DNA of 51,626 bases from Candidatus Epulonipiscium fishelsonii (GTDB lineage Bacteria; Bacillota; Clostridia; Lachnospirales; Cellulosilyticaceae): positions 1 through 51,626 of the forward strand of contig LJHD01000038.1 of assembly GCA_001983475.1 (NCBI GenBank). The letters are read 5' to 3'. A program made the translations under genes and the position numbers. Numbering within the stretch: the first letter of the stretch is position 1; every line of letters starts with the position of its first letter. Under the pieces are notes generated by a model. The model saw only the letters and a program-made list of their open reading frames with translations, did no database searches and was not told the origin of the DNA. Below, one piece after another: positions 35,637-45,256 of the stretch.

Positions 35637-36434
35637 ATGATTGGATTTATTGGTATTGGAAACATGGGTGGTGCTATTTTGAAAGGAATGATTAATTCAA
35701 ACACAGTGCAAGCTTCAAATATATATGTTTTTGATGTTGATAAAACTAAGATGGAAGATTTAAAAAAAGAATACAATATAAACATGATAGAAAACACTTC
35801 AAAACTAGTAGAAACATGCAACATTATGATTTTAGCTGTTAAACCACATATTTGTGAAAAAGTTTTAGGTGAGATTAAACAATGTATTAAGCCAAAACAA
35901 ATTTTGATATCCATTGCAGCAGGATGGTCAACAGCAAAATTGCGAGTAGCACTTGAACATAAAGGGAAAGTAATAAGTGTTATGCCAAACACACCTGCTA
36001 TAGTGGGAGCTGGGGTTATAGCTTTAAGTAAAGACCATGATTTAGATATATCAGAGTTAGAAGAGGTAAAAGCGTTATTAAAAGGGAATGGATTAGTAGT
36101 GATGGTTGAGGAAGAAAAAATGGCAGCTACGACAGGGATTAGCGGGACAATGCCTGCTTGTGTAGCCATGTATATAGAGGCATTAACAGATGCTGGAGTA
36201 TCTAATGGATTAAGCAGAGATTTTGCTCTACAAATTGCTGCTCAAACTGTTATGGGTACTGCAAAAATGGTTTTGGAAACTAAAACACACCCTGCTATTT
36301 TAAAAGACCAAGTTTGTACGCCAGCGGGAATAACTATTGAAGCAGTTGTTGCTCTGGAGGAAGATGGTTTTAGGGGAACTGTAATTCGTTCTGTAAACCG
36401 TTGTACCCAAAAATGTCTAGATATGCTAAAATAG
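35637..36434 (+). CDS. proC: Pyrroline-5-carboxylate reductase
   Basis: Rossmann motif IGFIGIGNMGGAI plus the C-terminal P5CR dimerisation-domain motif (VCTPAGITIEA). The antisense ORF 35633-36169 is spurious. Confidence 0.9.
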   Translation: MIGFIGIGNMGGAILKGMINSNTVQASNIYVFDVDKTKMEDLKKEYNINMIENTSKLVETCNIMILAVKPHICEKVLGEIKQCIKPKQILISIAAGWSTAKLRVALEHKGKVISVMPNTPAIVGAGVIALSKDHDLDISELEEVKALLKGNGLVVMVEEEKMAATTGISGTMPACVAMYIEALTDAGVSNGLSRDFALQIAAQTVMGTAKMVLETKTHPAILKDQVCTPAGITIEAVVALEEDGFRGTVIRSVNRCTQKCLDMLK

Positions 36435-36465
36435 AAAATGAATAATTTAATTAATGGAGGTAACT

Positions 36466-37011
36466 ATGAAATATCTTATTTTTTCTGATATACATGGTTC
36501 AGCTGAAACAACTGAACAAATACTTAATATTTTTAAGGAAAAAAAATGTGATCAGATGATAATATTAGGAGACTATATTTACCATGGACCAAGAAATCCT
36601 TTAACTCAACAATATAATGCAATGAAGGTTGCAGAATTATTAAACGCTTATAAAGATAAAATTATAGGTGTAAGAGGAAATTGTGATTCTGAAGTGGATC
36701 AAATGGTACTAGACTTTCCTTGTGGAAATGATTATGCTTTAATTTGTGATAATGGAGTAAATATTTTTGCAACCCATGGCCATATATATGGCCCAAGTAA
36801 TTTACCAACATTTACTTCTATTGACTTATTATTATACGGACACACTCATGTTTATGAAATTAGTAAAAAAGATGATACTATTTTGTGTAATCCAGGGTCA
36901 ATTACCCTACCTCGTGGTGGAAATCCACCAACTTATGCTATCTATGAAAATAGGAACTTAACTATTTATGACTTTAATACTGATGAAGCACTTAAATCAA
37001 TAACAATATAA
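36466..37011 (+). CDS. YfcE/MJ0936-family metallophosphoesterase
   Basis: Motifs SDIHGS, LGDYIYHGPRN, GNCDS, THGH and GHTH. Start moved to ATG 36466 behind GGAGG. Confidence 0.8.
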   Translation: MKYLIFSDIHGSAETTEQILNIFKEKKCDQMIILGDYIYHGPRNPLTQQYNAMKVAELLNAYKDKIIGVRGNCDSEVDQMVLDFPCGNDYALICDNGVNIFATHGHIYGPSNLPTFTSIDLLLYGHTHVYEISKKDDTILCNPGSITLPRGGNPPTYAIYENRNLTIYDFNTDEALKSITI

Positions 37012-37016
37012 AAATT

Positions 37017-37039
37017 AAGGGTGAATACTGTTCACCCTT
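37017..37039. terminator. Bidirectional hairpin between convergent genes
   Basis: Stem AAGGGTGAA / TTCACCCTT. It overlaps the uvrB stop codon. Confidence 0.5.
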
Positions 37040-37377
37040 ATATTGAATTATATATTTGTTTTAAAGTTATAATAGTATCTCTTGTTTGAGCTGCATCTTC
37101 AAAACGTAGTTCCACCGCAAATTTTTTCATTCGTTTTTCTAAAGTTTTAATAGATTTTTCTAATTCTGATTTAGACATAGATTCAGGGTCTTTTTGTTCA
37201 AATAAATCTTTATTTGTTTCTTTAATAGATTTTGTAGCTACAATTAAGTCCCGTATATCTTTTTTTATAGTCTTAGGGATAATATCATGTTTAATGTTAT
37301 ATTGATTTTGAATTTCACGCCTTCTTTTAGTTTCTTCAATTGCAGCATTCATTGATCTAGTTATCTTATCTGCATAC
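37038..37377 (-). CDS. uvrB: Excinuclease ABC subunit B, exon 2 (C-terminal region including the UVR domain)
   Basis: YADKITRSMNAAIEETKRRREIQNQYNIKHDIIPKTIKK matches Bacillus UvrB YADTITKSMEIAIQETKRRRAIQEEYN. The C-terminal FEDAAQTRDTI is the UVR motif. The first base completes a split ATG codon. Confidence 0.85.
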
Positions 37378-37830
37378 CTGAACCTCCTACCCATAAAGAT
37401 GTGGAGGTTGTCGTTCACAATAAGACGCTACTCCTATTGCAGTTCTCTTAGAACTTCTTTAGCTTTCACTAAAGCACAGACTATATCTTCTTCTTCACCA
37501 TTACGTGTTAAGAGCCACCCACTTCCACCATCAATCACTTATGGTGTACGACCCTCAAGAGGTCTAGTCGTTGAAGTTTCTCCTGTTTGGAGCTTACCTG
37601 CTCATTACCCATTGCTATAGTACTTAGGATTTAACCATATACCATCCAATCAATTTTTTCTGCTTTCGCAACATTCACGTTTAGTTATATTTCATACTTG
37701 CGTTGTAGTTTGATTGGCTTTAGGGGTTTCAAGCAATTCAAGTGGTATATTGCAACGGTCAAGCCGTTGTCTACGTACTAGTTTCCCAATACGCTTACTG
37801 GATTGAGGAGGCTTTTCCTGCCCTTATCCT
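37378..37830 (-). ncRNA. ORF-less group I intron inserted in uvrB (boundaries accurate to a few nt)
   Basis: On the minus strand: P-like GAATTGCTTGAAACCCC (37723-37739) pairs with Q-like TAGCAATGGG (37608-37617). R-like TTCAACGACTAGACC is at 37561-37575 and S-like GAAGATATAGTCTG at 37477-37490, giving P7 ACUA/UAGU. Several 6-7 bp peripheral hairpins are present. The exon ends in U and the intron ends in G. There is no long sense ORF. Confidence 0.75.
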
Positions 37831-39473
37831 ATAATAACTTTCCCATTGGCATTTCTTGCACAGCGACCAATAGTTTGAATTAAAGAAGTTTCTGATCTTA
37901 AAAAACCTTCTTTATCAGCATCAAGAATTGAAACTAAAGAAACTTCGGGAATATCAAGACCTTCTCTTAATAAATTTATTCCAACTAGCACATCAAATAC
38001 ACCTAGCCTTAAATCTCTAACAATTTCAACTCTTTCTAATGTATTTATATCTGAGTGTAAATATTTTACTTTTACGCCCATTTCAGCCATATAGTCAGTT
38101 AGGTCTTCAGACATTCTTTTTGTTAGAGTGGTAATTAATACTTTATCCCCTTTCTGAGCTGTCAAATAAATTTCGTGCAATAAATTATCTATTTGGCCTT
38201 TTATGGGGCGAACATCTATTATGGGGTCAAGTAGCCCAGTTGGACGTATTAGTTGTTCTGCAATAGTGACAGAATGTTCCAGTTCGTATTGAGCAGGGGT
38301 TGCAGATACAAAAAGCATTTGATGTATTTGTTGTTCAAACTCATCAAAGCGAAGAGGTCTATTGTCTAATGCAGAAGGCAATCTAAATCCATAATCAACC
38401 AACACAGTTTTCCTTGCTCTATCTCCATTATACATGCCTCTAATTTGAGGGATTGTAATATGTGATTCATCCACAATAATTAAAAAATCATCTGGGAAAT
38501 AGTCTAGTAATGTAAATGGTGTGCTGCCTTCTTCTCTATCTGCAAGATGACGTGAATAGTTTTCAACTCCAGAACAATAGCCCATTTCTCTAAGCATCTC
38601 TATATCGAAATTTGTACGTTGTTCTAGTCTTTGTGCTTCAAGGAGCTTATCTTGTTGTCTTAGTTCTTTAAGTTGTTCTTCCAATTCCAATTCTATTTTT
38701 TTAATAGCTAGGTTAAGTTTTTCTTGTGAAACAGAATAATGAGATGCTGGAAAAATTGCAACATGCTTACGATACCCAATTATAGTTCCTGTAACGATAT
38801 CTATTTCTGAAATTCGTTCAATTTCATCTCCAAAAAACTCAATTCGCATAGCTTGCCCGCCACCTTCAACAGGAATAATTTCGACTGTATCTCCTCTTAC
38901 TCTAAATGTACCTCTTGAAAAATCGTGATCGTTTCTATCATATTGAATGCTAACTAGCTTTTTCAATACGTCATCTCTTTCTATAATCATTCCTTCTCTT
39001 AAAGAAACAACTTGATTGGCATATTCCTCTGGGTCTCCTAAGCCATAGATACAAGATACACTTGAAATTACTATTACATCTTTTCTTTCCATCAAAGCTG
39101 TTGTTGCTGAATGTCGCAACTTTTCGATTTCTTCGTTGATACTCGCATCTTTTTCGATGTAAGTATCACTATGGGCAACGTATGCTTCTGGCTGATAATA
39201 ATCATAATATGACACAAAATATTCTACAGCATTATCTGGAAAAAATTCTTTAAACTCACTATATAGTTGAGCTGCTAAAGTTTTATTATGTGCAATTATT
39301 AAGGTTGGCTTTTGTATATTTTGAATTATGTTTGCCATTGTAAATGTTTTACCCGAGCCTGTAACTCCTAATAATGTTTGAAATTTATTTCCTTCTGTAA
39401 GACTGCTAGTTAATTCGGTAATTGCTTGAGGTTGGTCACCCATTGGTTTATAATTTGATTGTAATTTGAACAT
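37831..39473 (-). CDS. uvrB: Excinuclease ABC subunit B, exon 1
   Basis: [15 protein letters not shown] (Walker A), DESH and helicase motifs through [15 protein letters not shown]. The ORF runs into an in-frame stop only 7 nt inside the insertion. Confidence 0.9.
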
Positions 39474-39609
39474 TTTTTCTCCTTGTTGTATTTTGAATTA
39501 ATAATTATATTTATATTATTGCCATAACATTAAAGTAAATAAACTTTTTAGAGTAGTAAAATAATCTGCTGGAGCTGTTAAGTTAAATAAGTTGTTTATG
39601 GTTACAACA

Positions 39610-39632
39610 CTATATAAAGGATAGTACTCTAC
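39610..39632 (-). repeat. Family-B repeat copy
   Basis: CTATATAAAGGATAGTACTCTAC is the reverse complement of the B consensus. Confidence 0.65.
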
Positions 39633-39775
39633 CTTTTATTGAAAAATAAGGCTAAACAACCTATTAAAATAAAAAATCACTAAATATTATAGAAATAAAT
39701 TTTTGTTAAAGAAATATTATTTGCACAAAAAAGGTAATATCTTTTTGGAGACATTACCTTTTTTAAATTTTTTAG

Positions 39776-40801
39776 TTATAAGATTAACATTGCATCACCA
39801 AAACTAAAAAATCGATATTCATTTTTAATTGCAGTTTTATATGCTTGCAGTATAGTTTCTTTTGTACAAAAAGCACTAACTAAAATAATCAGAGTTGACT
39901 CAGGTAGATGAAAATTTGTTATAATACCGTCTACACATTTAAATTTGTAACCAGGATAGATAAAAATATCAGTTTTTCCAGCACAAGCTACAATATAACC
40001 ATTTTCGTCTGAACAAGCTTCAAGTGTTCTTGTTGAAGTTGTTCCAACAGAAATAATTCGTCCACCACTATTTTTCGCATTGTTTATTATATCTGCATTT
40101 TCTTGTGTTACACTATAACATTCTGAGTGCATTGTATGATTTGTAATATCTTCAACTTTTACAGGTCTGAATGTACCAAGCCCAACATGAAGAGTTACAT
40201 AAGCAATGTCTACCCCTTTTTGCTTAATTTTTTTCAATAATTCTTTGTTAAAATGTAAACCTGCTGTTGGTGCAGCTGCACTTCCATTGTGTTTAGAATA
40301 TACTGTCTGATATCTTTCTTTGTCTTCCAATTTTTCATGTATATAGGGAGGCAAGGGCATTTCGCCAAGTTTGTCTAAAATTTCCTCCCAAATTCCATCG
40401 TATTCAAATTTAACTATACGTTTTCCATCATCAATAATTGTTTCTATCTGGGCTGTTAAAATTCCATTTCCAAATACAATTATATCTTCTTCTCTTACTT
40501 TTTTTCCAGGCTTAACTAAAACTTCCCAGTGGTTTTCATCAAATCTATTTAGTAATAAAAATTCTATTTTTCCACCTGTATCTTTTTTTTCTCCAAATAA
40601 TCTAGCTGGAATAACACGTGTGTCATTTAATACTAAGCAATCCCCTTTGTTTAAATAATCTATTATGTTCGAAAATTGCCTGTGTTCAATTTTGCCATTT
40701 TTATTATTAATAACCATAAGTTTTGATGCTGTTCTATCTTTTAAAGGAGCTTGGGCAATTAACTCTGAGGGTAAATCAAAATAAAACTCTGTTGTTTTCA
40801 T
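39776..40801 (-). CDS. queA: S-adenosylmethionine:tRNA ribosyltransferase-isomerase
   Basis: [38 protein letters not shown] and [10 protein letters not shown] are typical QueA motifs. Confidence 0.9.
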   Translation of the reverse strand: MKTTEFYFDLPSELIAQAPLKDRTASKLMVINNKNGKIEHRQFSNIIDYLNKGDCLVLNDTRVIPARLFGEKKDTGGKIEFLLLNRFDENHWEVLVKPGKKVREEDIIVFGNGILTAQIETIIDDGKRIVKFEYDGIWEEILDKLGEMPLPPYIHEKLEDKERYQTVYSKHNGSAAAPTAGLHFNKELLKKIKQKGVDIAYVTLHVGLGTFRPVKVEDITNHTMHSECYSVTQENADIINNAKNSGGRIISVGTTSTRTLEACSDENGYIVACAGKTDIFIYPGYKFKCVDGIITNFHLPESTLIILVSAFCTKETILQAYKTAIKNEYRFFSFGDAMLIL

Positions 40802-40817
40802 CTATTGTATGTCTCCT

Positions 40818-41600
40818 CTAAATTTCTATACTTTCTGTTCTTTCAAGAAAAGCTCTATATGAAGGAACAAGATATGTTCTTAATTTTTCTCTTATTATAA
40901 TTGGATTTTCTCCTGCTTGAATAGAAAGAATTCCTTCCATTATCATTTCTCTAAGCAATATTTCTTCGGCAGTTTTCTTTCTAAGGTTATTTGCAATAGG
41001 TAAGGCAAAAAAGTTTGCAATTATAGTCCCATAGAATGTAGTTATTAATGCCATTGCCATACTTGGCCCCAATGTTGTAGGTTCAGAAAGTCCAATTAAC
41101 ATGTTTATAAGACCAATCAGTGTACCAATCATTCCCCAAGCAGGGCCTAAATCTGCTACAGTTTGCCAAAATTTTTGTGGTTTAGAATGACGTTCTTTAA
41201 TTAATAATAAATCATTTTGTAAGATATCTCTCACAAGAGCATAATCTGTACCGTCAACAATCATCATAATGCCTTTTTTTAAAAACCTGTCATCAATGCC
41301 AGCCATTCTATCTTCCAAAGCCAAAAGTCCTTCTTTTCTTGATATTAAAGATAAATCTTCTAATTCCAAAATATAATGTGATATATCTTTATTAGTTTTT
41401 GAAAATACTATTTTTATTGCCCTTATACCTTCTAAACAGTCTTCAATTGAATAGGAAGTAATCAATGAACTTGTAATTCCTCCTACAACAATTAATATCG
41501 ATGGAAAGTTGTAAAAATTTTCAAGCCTTCCTTCCAAAAATATAGCTGATGAGATAAAAACTATGCCTAATAAAAAGCCTACTGGTGCACTTCTGTCCAT
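40818..41600 (-). CDS. motA: MotA/PomA-type stator channel protein (MotA/TolQ/ExbB family)
   Basis: 260 aa with 4 TM helices. LGPAWGMIGTLIGLINML matches the MotA plug/TM3-4 signature. RBS AAGGAG. Confidence 0.7.
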   Translation of the reverse strand: MDRSAPVGFLLGIVFISSAIFLEGRLENFYNFPSILIVVGGITSSLITSYSIEDCLEGIRAIKIVFSKTNKDISHYILELEDLSLISRKEGLLALEDRMAGIDDRFLKKGIMMIVDGTDYALVRDILQNDLLLIKERHSKPQKFWQTVADLGPAWGMIGTLIGLINMLIGLSEPTTLGPSMAMALITTFYGTIIANFFALPIANNLRKKTAEEILLREMIMEGILSIQAGENPIIIREKLRTYLVPSYRAFLERTESIEI

Positions 41601-41797
41601 ACTAAGTTCTCCTTATTAAAATATTTTTTTTATAATTAGAGAGAATACTATCCGTTATTTATAACTAAGGAAATAAAAACAAAGATCTTTTTTCTTTGAT
41701 TAACATTAATTATTACCAAGTTAAACCTAATTTAAACATGAACTATTTAAAATCTGTGCTGTTATAAAATGTGCTACGTTATAGTAAAGGTATTTAA

Positions 41798-41878
41798 AAT
41801 AGTAGCAACTAAATTTGATTATAGTAGTGCAGGAGAGGAGCTCTCAACCCATCCAAAAAATACTTCAGCTTATAAGTA
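41798..41878 (-). repeat. Family-G MITE-like element (reverse orientation)
   Basis: AATAGTAGCAACTAAATTTGATTATAGTAGTGCAGGAGAGGAGCTCTCAACCC...CTTATAAGTAC is the reverse complement of the G consensus. Confidence 0.7.
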
Positions 41879-41933
41879 CATATAATATAATAAAATATTT
41901 AACTAGCACAATTGGCAATTTACTTATAAAAAA

Positions 41934-41959
41934 GTAGAGTACTATCCTTTTATATAGTG
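41934..41959 (+). repeat. Family-B repeat copy
   Basis: GTAGAGTACTATCCTTTTATATAGTG. Confidence 0.65.
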
Positions 41960-42339
41960 TAGAGTAATTAAATATTAAGTAGATAGAACTGATGTTATCC
42001 CAAGATAATTATAAATAAGTATGCTAATCCCTTAATTTTTGTCAAGTACAGTAGTAATACTTGCTACTTAAATTAATATTACCCATTATGTTTTAAATTA
42101 TTATATATAATAAAGAATTATATTTTGCTAATAGAATTCTAAAATTATACATATAATTAAAAATGTATAGCTTGAATTTGTAAATTATTTTCTATAAATA
42201 TAAAAAAATTTTGTTGCATTTAAATGTTCTTAATTTAGGTGATACTGATCAAATTAAGGAAACATTATAATTATGAAATGTAAAGTAATATTGTAATAGT
42301 GGTCGTACGTAAAACTCAAAGAATATAACAAATAAATAT

Positions 42340-42402
42340 AAACATAAGAGGTCCAGGATTGATGCCCCTGCACCAGTATAATCAAATTTAGTTACTACTA
42401 TT
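42340..42402 (+). repeat. Family-G MITE-like element (5' part divergent)
   Basis: ...CCTGCACCAGTATAATCAAATTTAGTTACTACTATT. Its 36-nt end matches the reverse complement of 41798-41833 at 33 of 36 positions. Confidence 0.7.
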
Positions 42403-42460
42403 TAAAAGTGATATTACTATATTTAGCTAAATTATCAATTTTAATAAGGAGGCGGTTAAA

Positions 42461-43423
42461 ATGTTTAGTATTAAAAAAAGTTTAAAAAATATTCCTGTAC
42501 CTATTTTACCAACTATGGTAGGGGTGGATACTCTTTCAAATGTATGGATATTAGAAGAATTTTCATTAATTCGGCATATAAGTGTTTGGGCTGGAATTAT
42601 AATTTTATGTTTATATACTGGAAAATTAATTTTATACTTTGATGTAGCAAAATCTGAATATCTAGATGGAAAAATTTCAAGCTTACATGCAGGTTTTACT
42701 ATGTTAATAATGATAACAGGAGGATATTTTGTTGATTATTTTCCTGTCTTTGGAAAGACTATTTGGTTTTTTGGTATATTTTTACATATTATTCATTTAA
42801 GTTTATTTGTGTATCTTCATATAATAAAGAATTTTGAAGCTAATAATTTTGTGCCAACATGGCTTGTAACTTTTGCTGGACTTATGACAGCGACGGTAGC
42901 TGGAACATCAATGAACGAACCAGAAGTATGCACTGCTATTGTATGGTATGGACTTATAGTGCCTATTGGAATCGTGTGGCCACTTATGGTATTTAGACTA
43001 ATAAAAAATCCTATTAGAACCGGTTCTATAGTAATGTCAAAAGCTATTTTAGCAGCACCACCTAGTTTATTCTTAGTTAGCTATTTAAATATAGTTGAAG
43101 AACCCGTACATATAGTTATCTACATCGTATATGGGATTATTTTAACAGTTTTAGTATACATAATATTTATGCTAAGTAAATTTCTAACCCTTGGTTTTAA
43201 TCCTTCGTTTGCATCTTTAACTTTTCCATTGGCAATTGCCTGTTTAGCTTCTACTAAAATGATAGATTACTTTTATGAACAAGGACAATATTTTATAGCA
43301 CAAATTATCACTGAAATTCTAGGGATACAAATTTATATGGCAACATCTATAATTGGAGTTATAGCATTTAAATTTTTTACGTTAATTCCAAATCATTATA
43401 AACAAGAAAAAAAGAATGCCTGA
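42461..43423 (+). CDS. TDT (TehA/Mae1, SLAC1-like) family transporter, paralog of 26905-27858
   Basis: KNIPVPILPTMVGVDTLSNVW and colinear TM helices. RBS AAGGAGG. Confidence 0.7.
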   Translation: MFSIKKSLKNIPVPILPTMVGVDTLSNVWILEEFSLIRHISVWAGIIILCLYTGKLILYFDVAKSEYLDGKISSLHAGFTMLIMITGGYFVDYFPVFGKTIWFFGIFLHIIHLSLFVYLHIIKNFEANNFVPTWLVTFAGLMTATVAGTSMNEPEVCTAIVWYGLIVPIGIVWPLMVFRLIKNPIRTGSIVMSKAILAAPPSLFLVSYLNIVEEPVHIVIYIVYGIILTVLVYIIFMLSKFLTLGFNPSFASLTFPLAIACLASTKMIDYFYEQGQYFIAQIITEILGIQIYMATSIIGVIAFKFFTLIPNHYKQEKKNA

Positions 43424-43508
43424 ACATCTTTTAAAAAGTAACTAATTTTGGTATAATGTAATATAAGCAAATATTTTGCTCAATATAAGATGAAAGGAAA
43501 GTAAAAAC

Positions 43509-44039
43509 ATGGGAGAAACAGATCAATTAGAAGTAAAAGTAAAGTTAAAGGTAGCAGATGTATTTAGATATAATATGTACATTGGATATAGAGGATTATT
43601 AAACAAGATTTTTTTAGCTATAGGATTTGTATTAGCTGGGTATATTATATACAAATTTGGAATTAGACAAACAAGTGTTGCAGTATTTGCTTCTCAAAAT
43701 ATAGTATGGATTGTTCTTAGTGTATTTATGTTAATTGGAAAACCACTTAAAATTTGGAAAATTACTGCTATACAAATGCAATTACCAGTGTTTTCAGGTA
43801 TTTCAACATATATATTTAAAAAAGAATCTATTTATATTGAAGTTGGAGATTTAAAAGATACTGTACCTTGGGAAACATACAGTAAAATAATTGAAACAAA
43901 AAAAGACTTTAGATTATTTGTAAATCATGTACAAGCGCAGATAATCCCGAAACATCTTATGAATTCTGATCAAATTAGCAAATTGAGAGAAATAATAAAA
44001 CAAGCAAACCCGAAAGAAATTTATATACTAAAAGGATAA
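43509..44039 (+). CDS. Small membrane protein, possibly YcxB-like
   Basis: Two central TM helices followed by a soluble C-terminal domain. The assignment rests on architecture only. Confidence 0.4.
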   Translation: MGETDQLEVKVKLKVADVFRYNMYIGYRGLLNKIFLAIGFVLAGYIIYKFGIRQTSVAVFASQNIVWIVLSVFMLIGKPLKIWKITAIQMQLPVFSGISTYIFKKESIYIEVGDLKDTVPWETYSKIIETKKDFRLFVNHVQAQIIPKHLMNSDQISKLREIIKQANPKEIYILKG

Positions 44040-44043
44040 ATAT

Positions 44044-44946
44044 ATGGAAAAACTATTTCATTTTACAACTTCAACTAGATGTTTACAATGGTTTAATAAT
44101 GATTGGACAGAAATTGAAGATTTTTTACAGAAACATAATTTAAACGGGATTGAGCTGGGATTATTCCCAGATTATCCTATAAAACACATACCAAAACATG
44201 TTGCAACGGGAATTCATCTTTCATTTTATCCAGAATGGCTGGAATTTGATAAAGAACCTATGATAGCTTCATATAAGTTGCAATATCAGAAAGCAAAGCA
44301 ACTTGGAGCAAAATATATGGTATTTCATGTGAGTCATGTTAGACCTGTTGATACATTTACATGGAAATTTGATTATACTGATGAAGTAGTAGTTGATGCT
44401 ACCATAGATCTATTAAATTGTATTTTTCCTCAAGACGAAGACGGGCCCATGTTATTGTTTGAAAATTTATGGTGGCCTGGATTAACATTTTTAGATAAAA
44501 ATATATGTCGAAAATTACTGGATAAAGTTAAGTATAAAAATAAAGGATTTGTTCTTGATATATCTCATTTAATCTTGATGAATAAAAGTATTGATAGTGA
44601 TGATAAAGCTTATAATTTTATAAAAAAAGTTATGAGTAATTTAGAAACGTTTAAATCATATTTTAAAGTTATTCATATAAATAAGACTCTACCAAAACAC
44701 TATATGAAACAGAATCATATGTATAAGTTGGAGAGTTATAATTTAGCTAAAGATGAATCTATAAAGAAGAAAATCTTATTGAGTCATATAAAAAAAATGG
44801 ATCCTCATTTACCTTTTGATAGTCCATTTATTAATGACATTGTAAATTTAGTTGACCCTAAATTTTGTGTTTATGAAACGAGCCCTAAAGATATATATGA
44901 ATTAAATTATTTTGTAAAAACACAAAATAGTTTTTTTAGTTCATGA
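44044..44946 (+). CDS. Xylose isomerase-like TIM-barrel (sugar phosphate isomerase/epimerase) family protein
   Basis: GAKYMVFHVSH and MLLFENLWWP resemble the conserved H and E-N motifs of the AP-endonuclease-2/xylose-isomerase-like fold. Only 4 nt separate it from the upstream stop. Confidence 0.45.
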   Translation: MEKLFHFTTSTRCLQWFNNDWTEIEDFLQKHNLNGIELGLFPDYPIKHIPKHVATGIHLSFYPEWLEFDKEPMIASYKLQYQKAKQLGAKYMVFHVSHVRPVDTFTWKFDYTDEVVVDATIDLLNCIFPQDEDGPMLLFENLWWPGLTFLDKNICRKLLDKVKYKNKGFVLDISHLILMNKSIDSDDKAYNFIKKVMSNLETFKSYFKVIHINKTLPKHYMKQNHMYKLESYNLAKDESIKKKILLSHIKKMDPHLPFDSPFINDIVNLVDPKFCVYETSPKDIYELNYFVKTQNSFFSS

Positions 44947-45001
44947 ATCACTGATTTAACTAAACATAAATAAAATTTTTTAATATATTGTGAAAATTTT
45001 A

Positions 45002-45034
45002 AAAAGTGCTATATAAATATAGCACTTTTTTTTC
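45002..45034 (+). terminator. Rho-independent terminator
   Basis: Stem AAAAGTGCTATA / TATAGCACTTTT, followed by a T-run. Confidence 0.8.
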
Positions 45035-45256
45035 GTTTTATTCACATTTATTAATTAGATATTAACTAATTTTTAAATCAAAACAGTAATATAAACATAA
45101 AAATTTAAAAATTAGTTATTAAACAAGCTCTTTTATTATAAATATATAATAAGAACATTATCAATATAGCAAGCCTAACCTACAATATAAAAAGTTAAGG
45201 TTAGCATTAAAACAATTAATAATTGAAATAAAACATTGGAAAGGGAGAAGATTATA

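Noticed and set aside
35633-36169. 178-aa minus-strand ORF
   Set aside because: It is antisense to the well-supported proC gene and has no RBS or recognisable motif.
37399-37620. 73-aa ORF inside the uvrB insertion as a homing endonuclease
   Set aside because: It lies on the strand opposite to uvrB and the intron. It has no LAGLIDADG, GIY-YIG or HNH motifs and no RBS.
37378-37830. The uvrB insertion as an intein, a group II intron or an IS
   Set aside because: The frame closes after 7 nt, so it cannot be an intein. There is no GUGYG 5' end or domain-V-like hairpin, and it is too short for a group II intron. It has no terminal inverted repeats or transposase. Group I P/Q/R/S elements are present instead.
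41798-42402. Invertible promoter switch (inverton) bounded by 36-bp inverted repeats
   Set aside because: The inverted repeats are the ends of two independent copies of the dispersed family-G element, which also occurs singly elsewhere. No invertase or recombinase gene is nearby. It is kept only as a low-probability possibility within the family-G finding.
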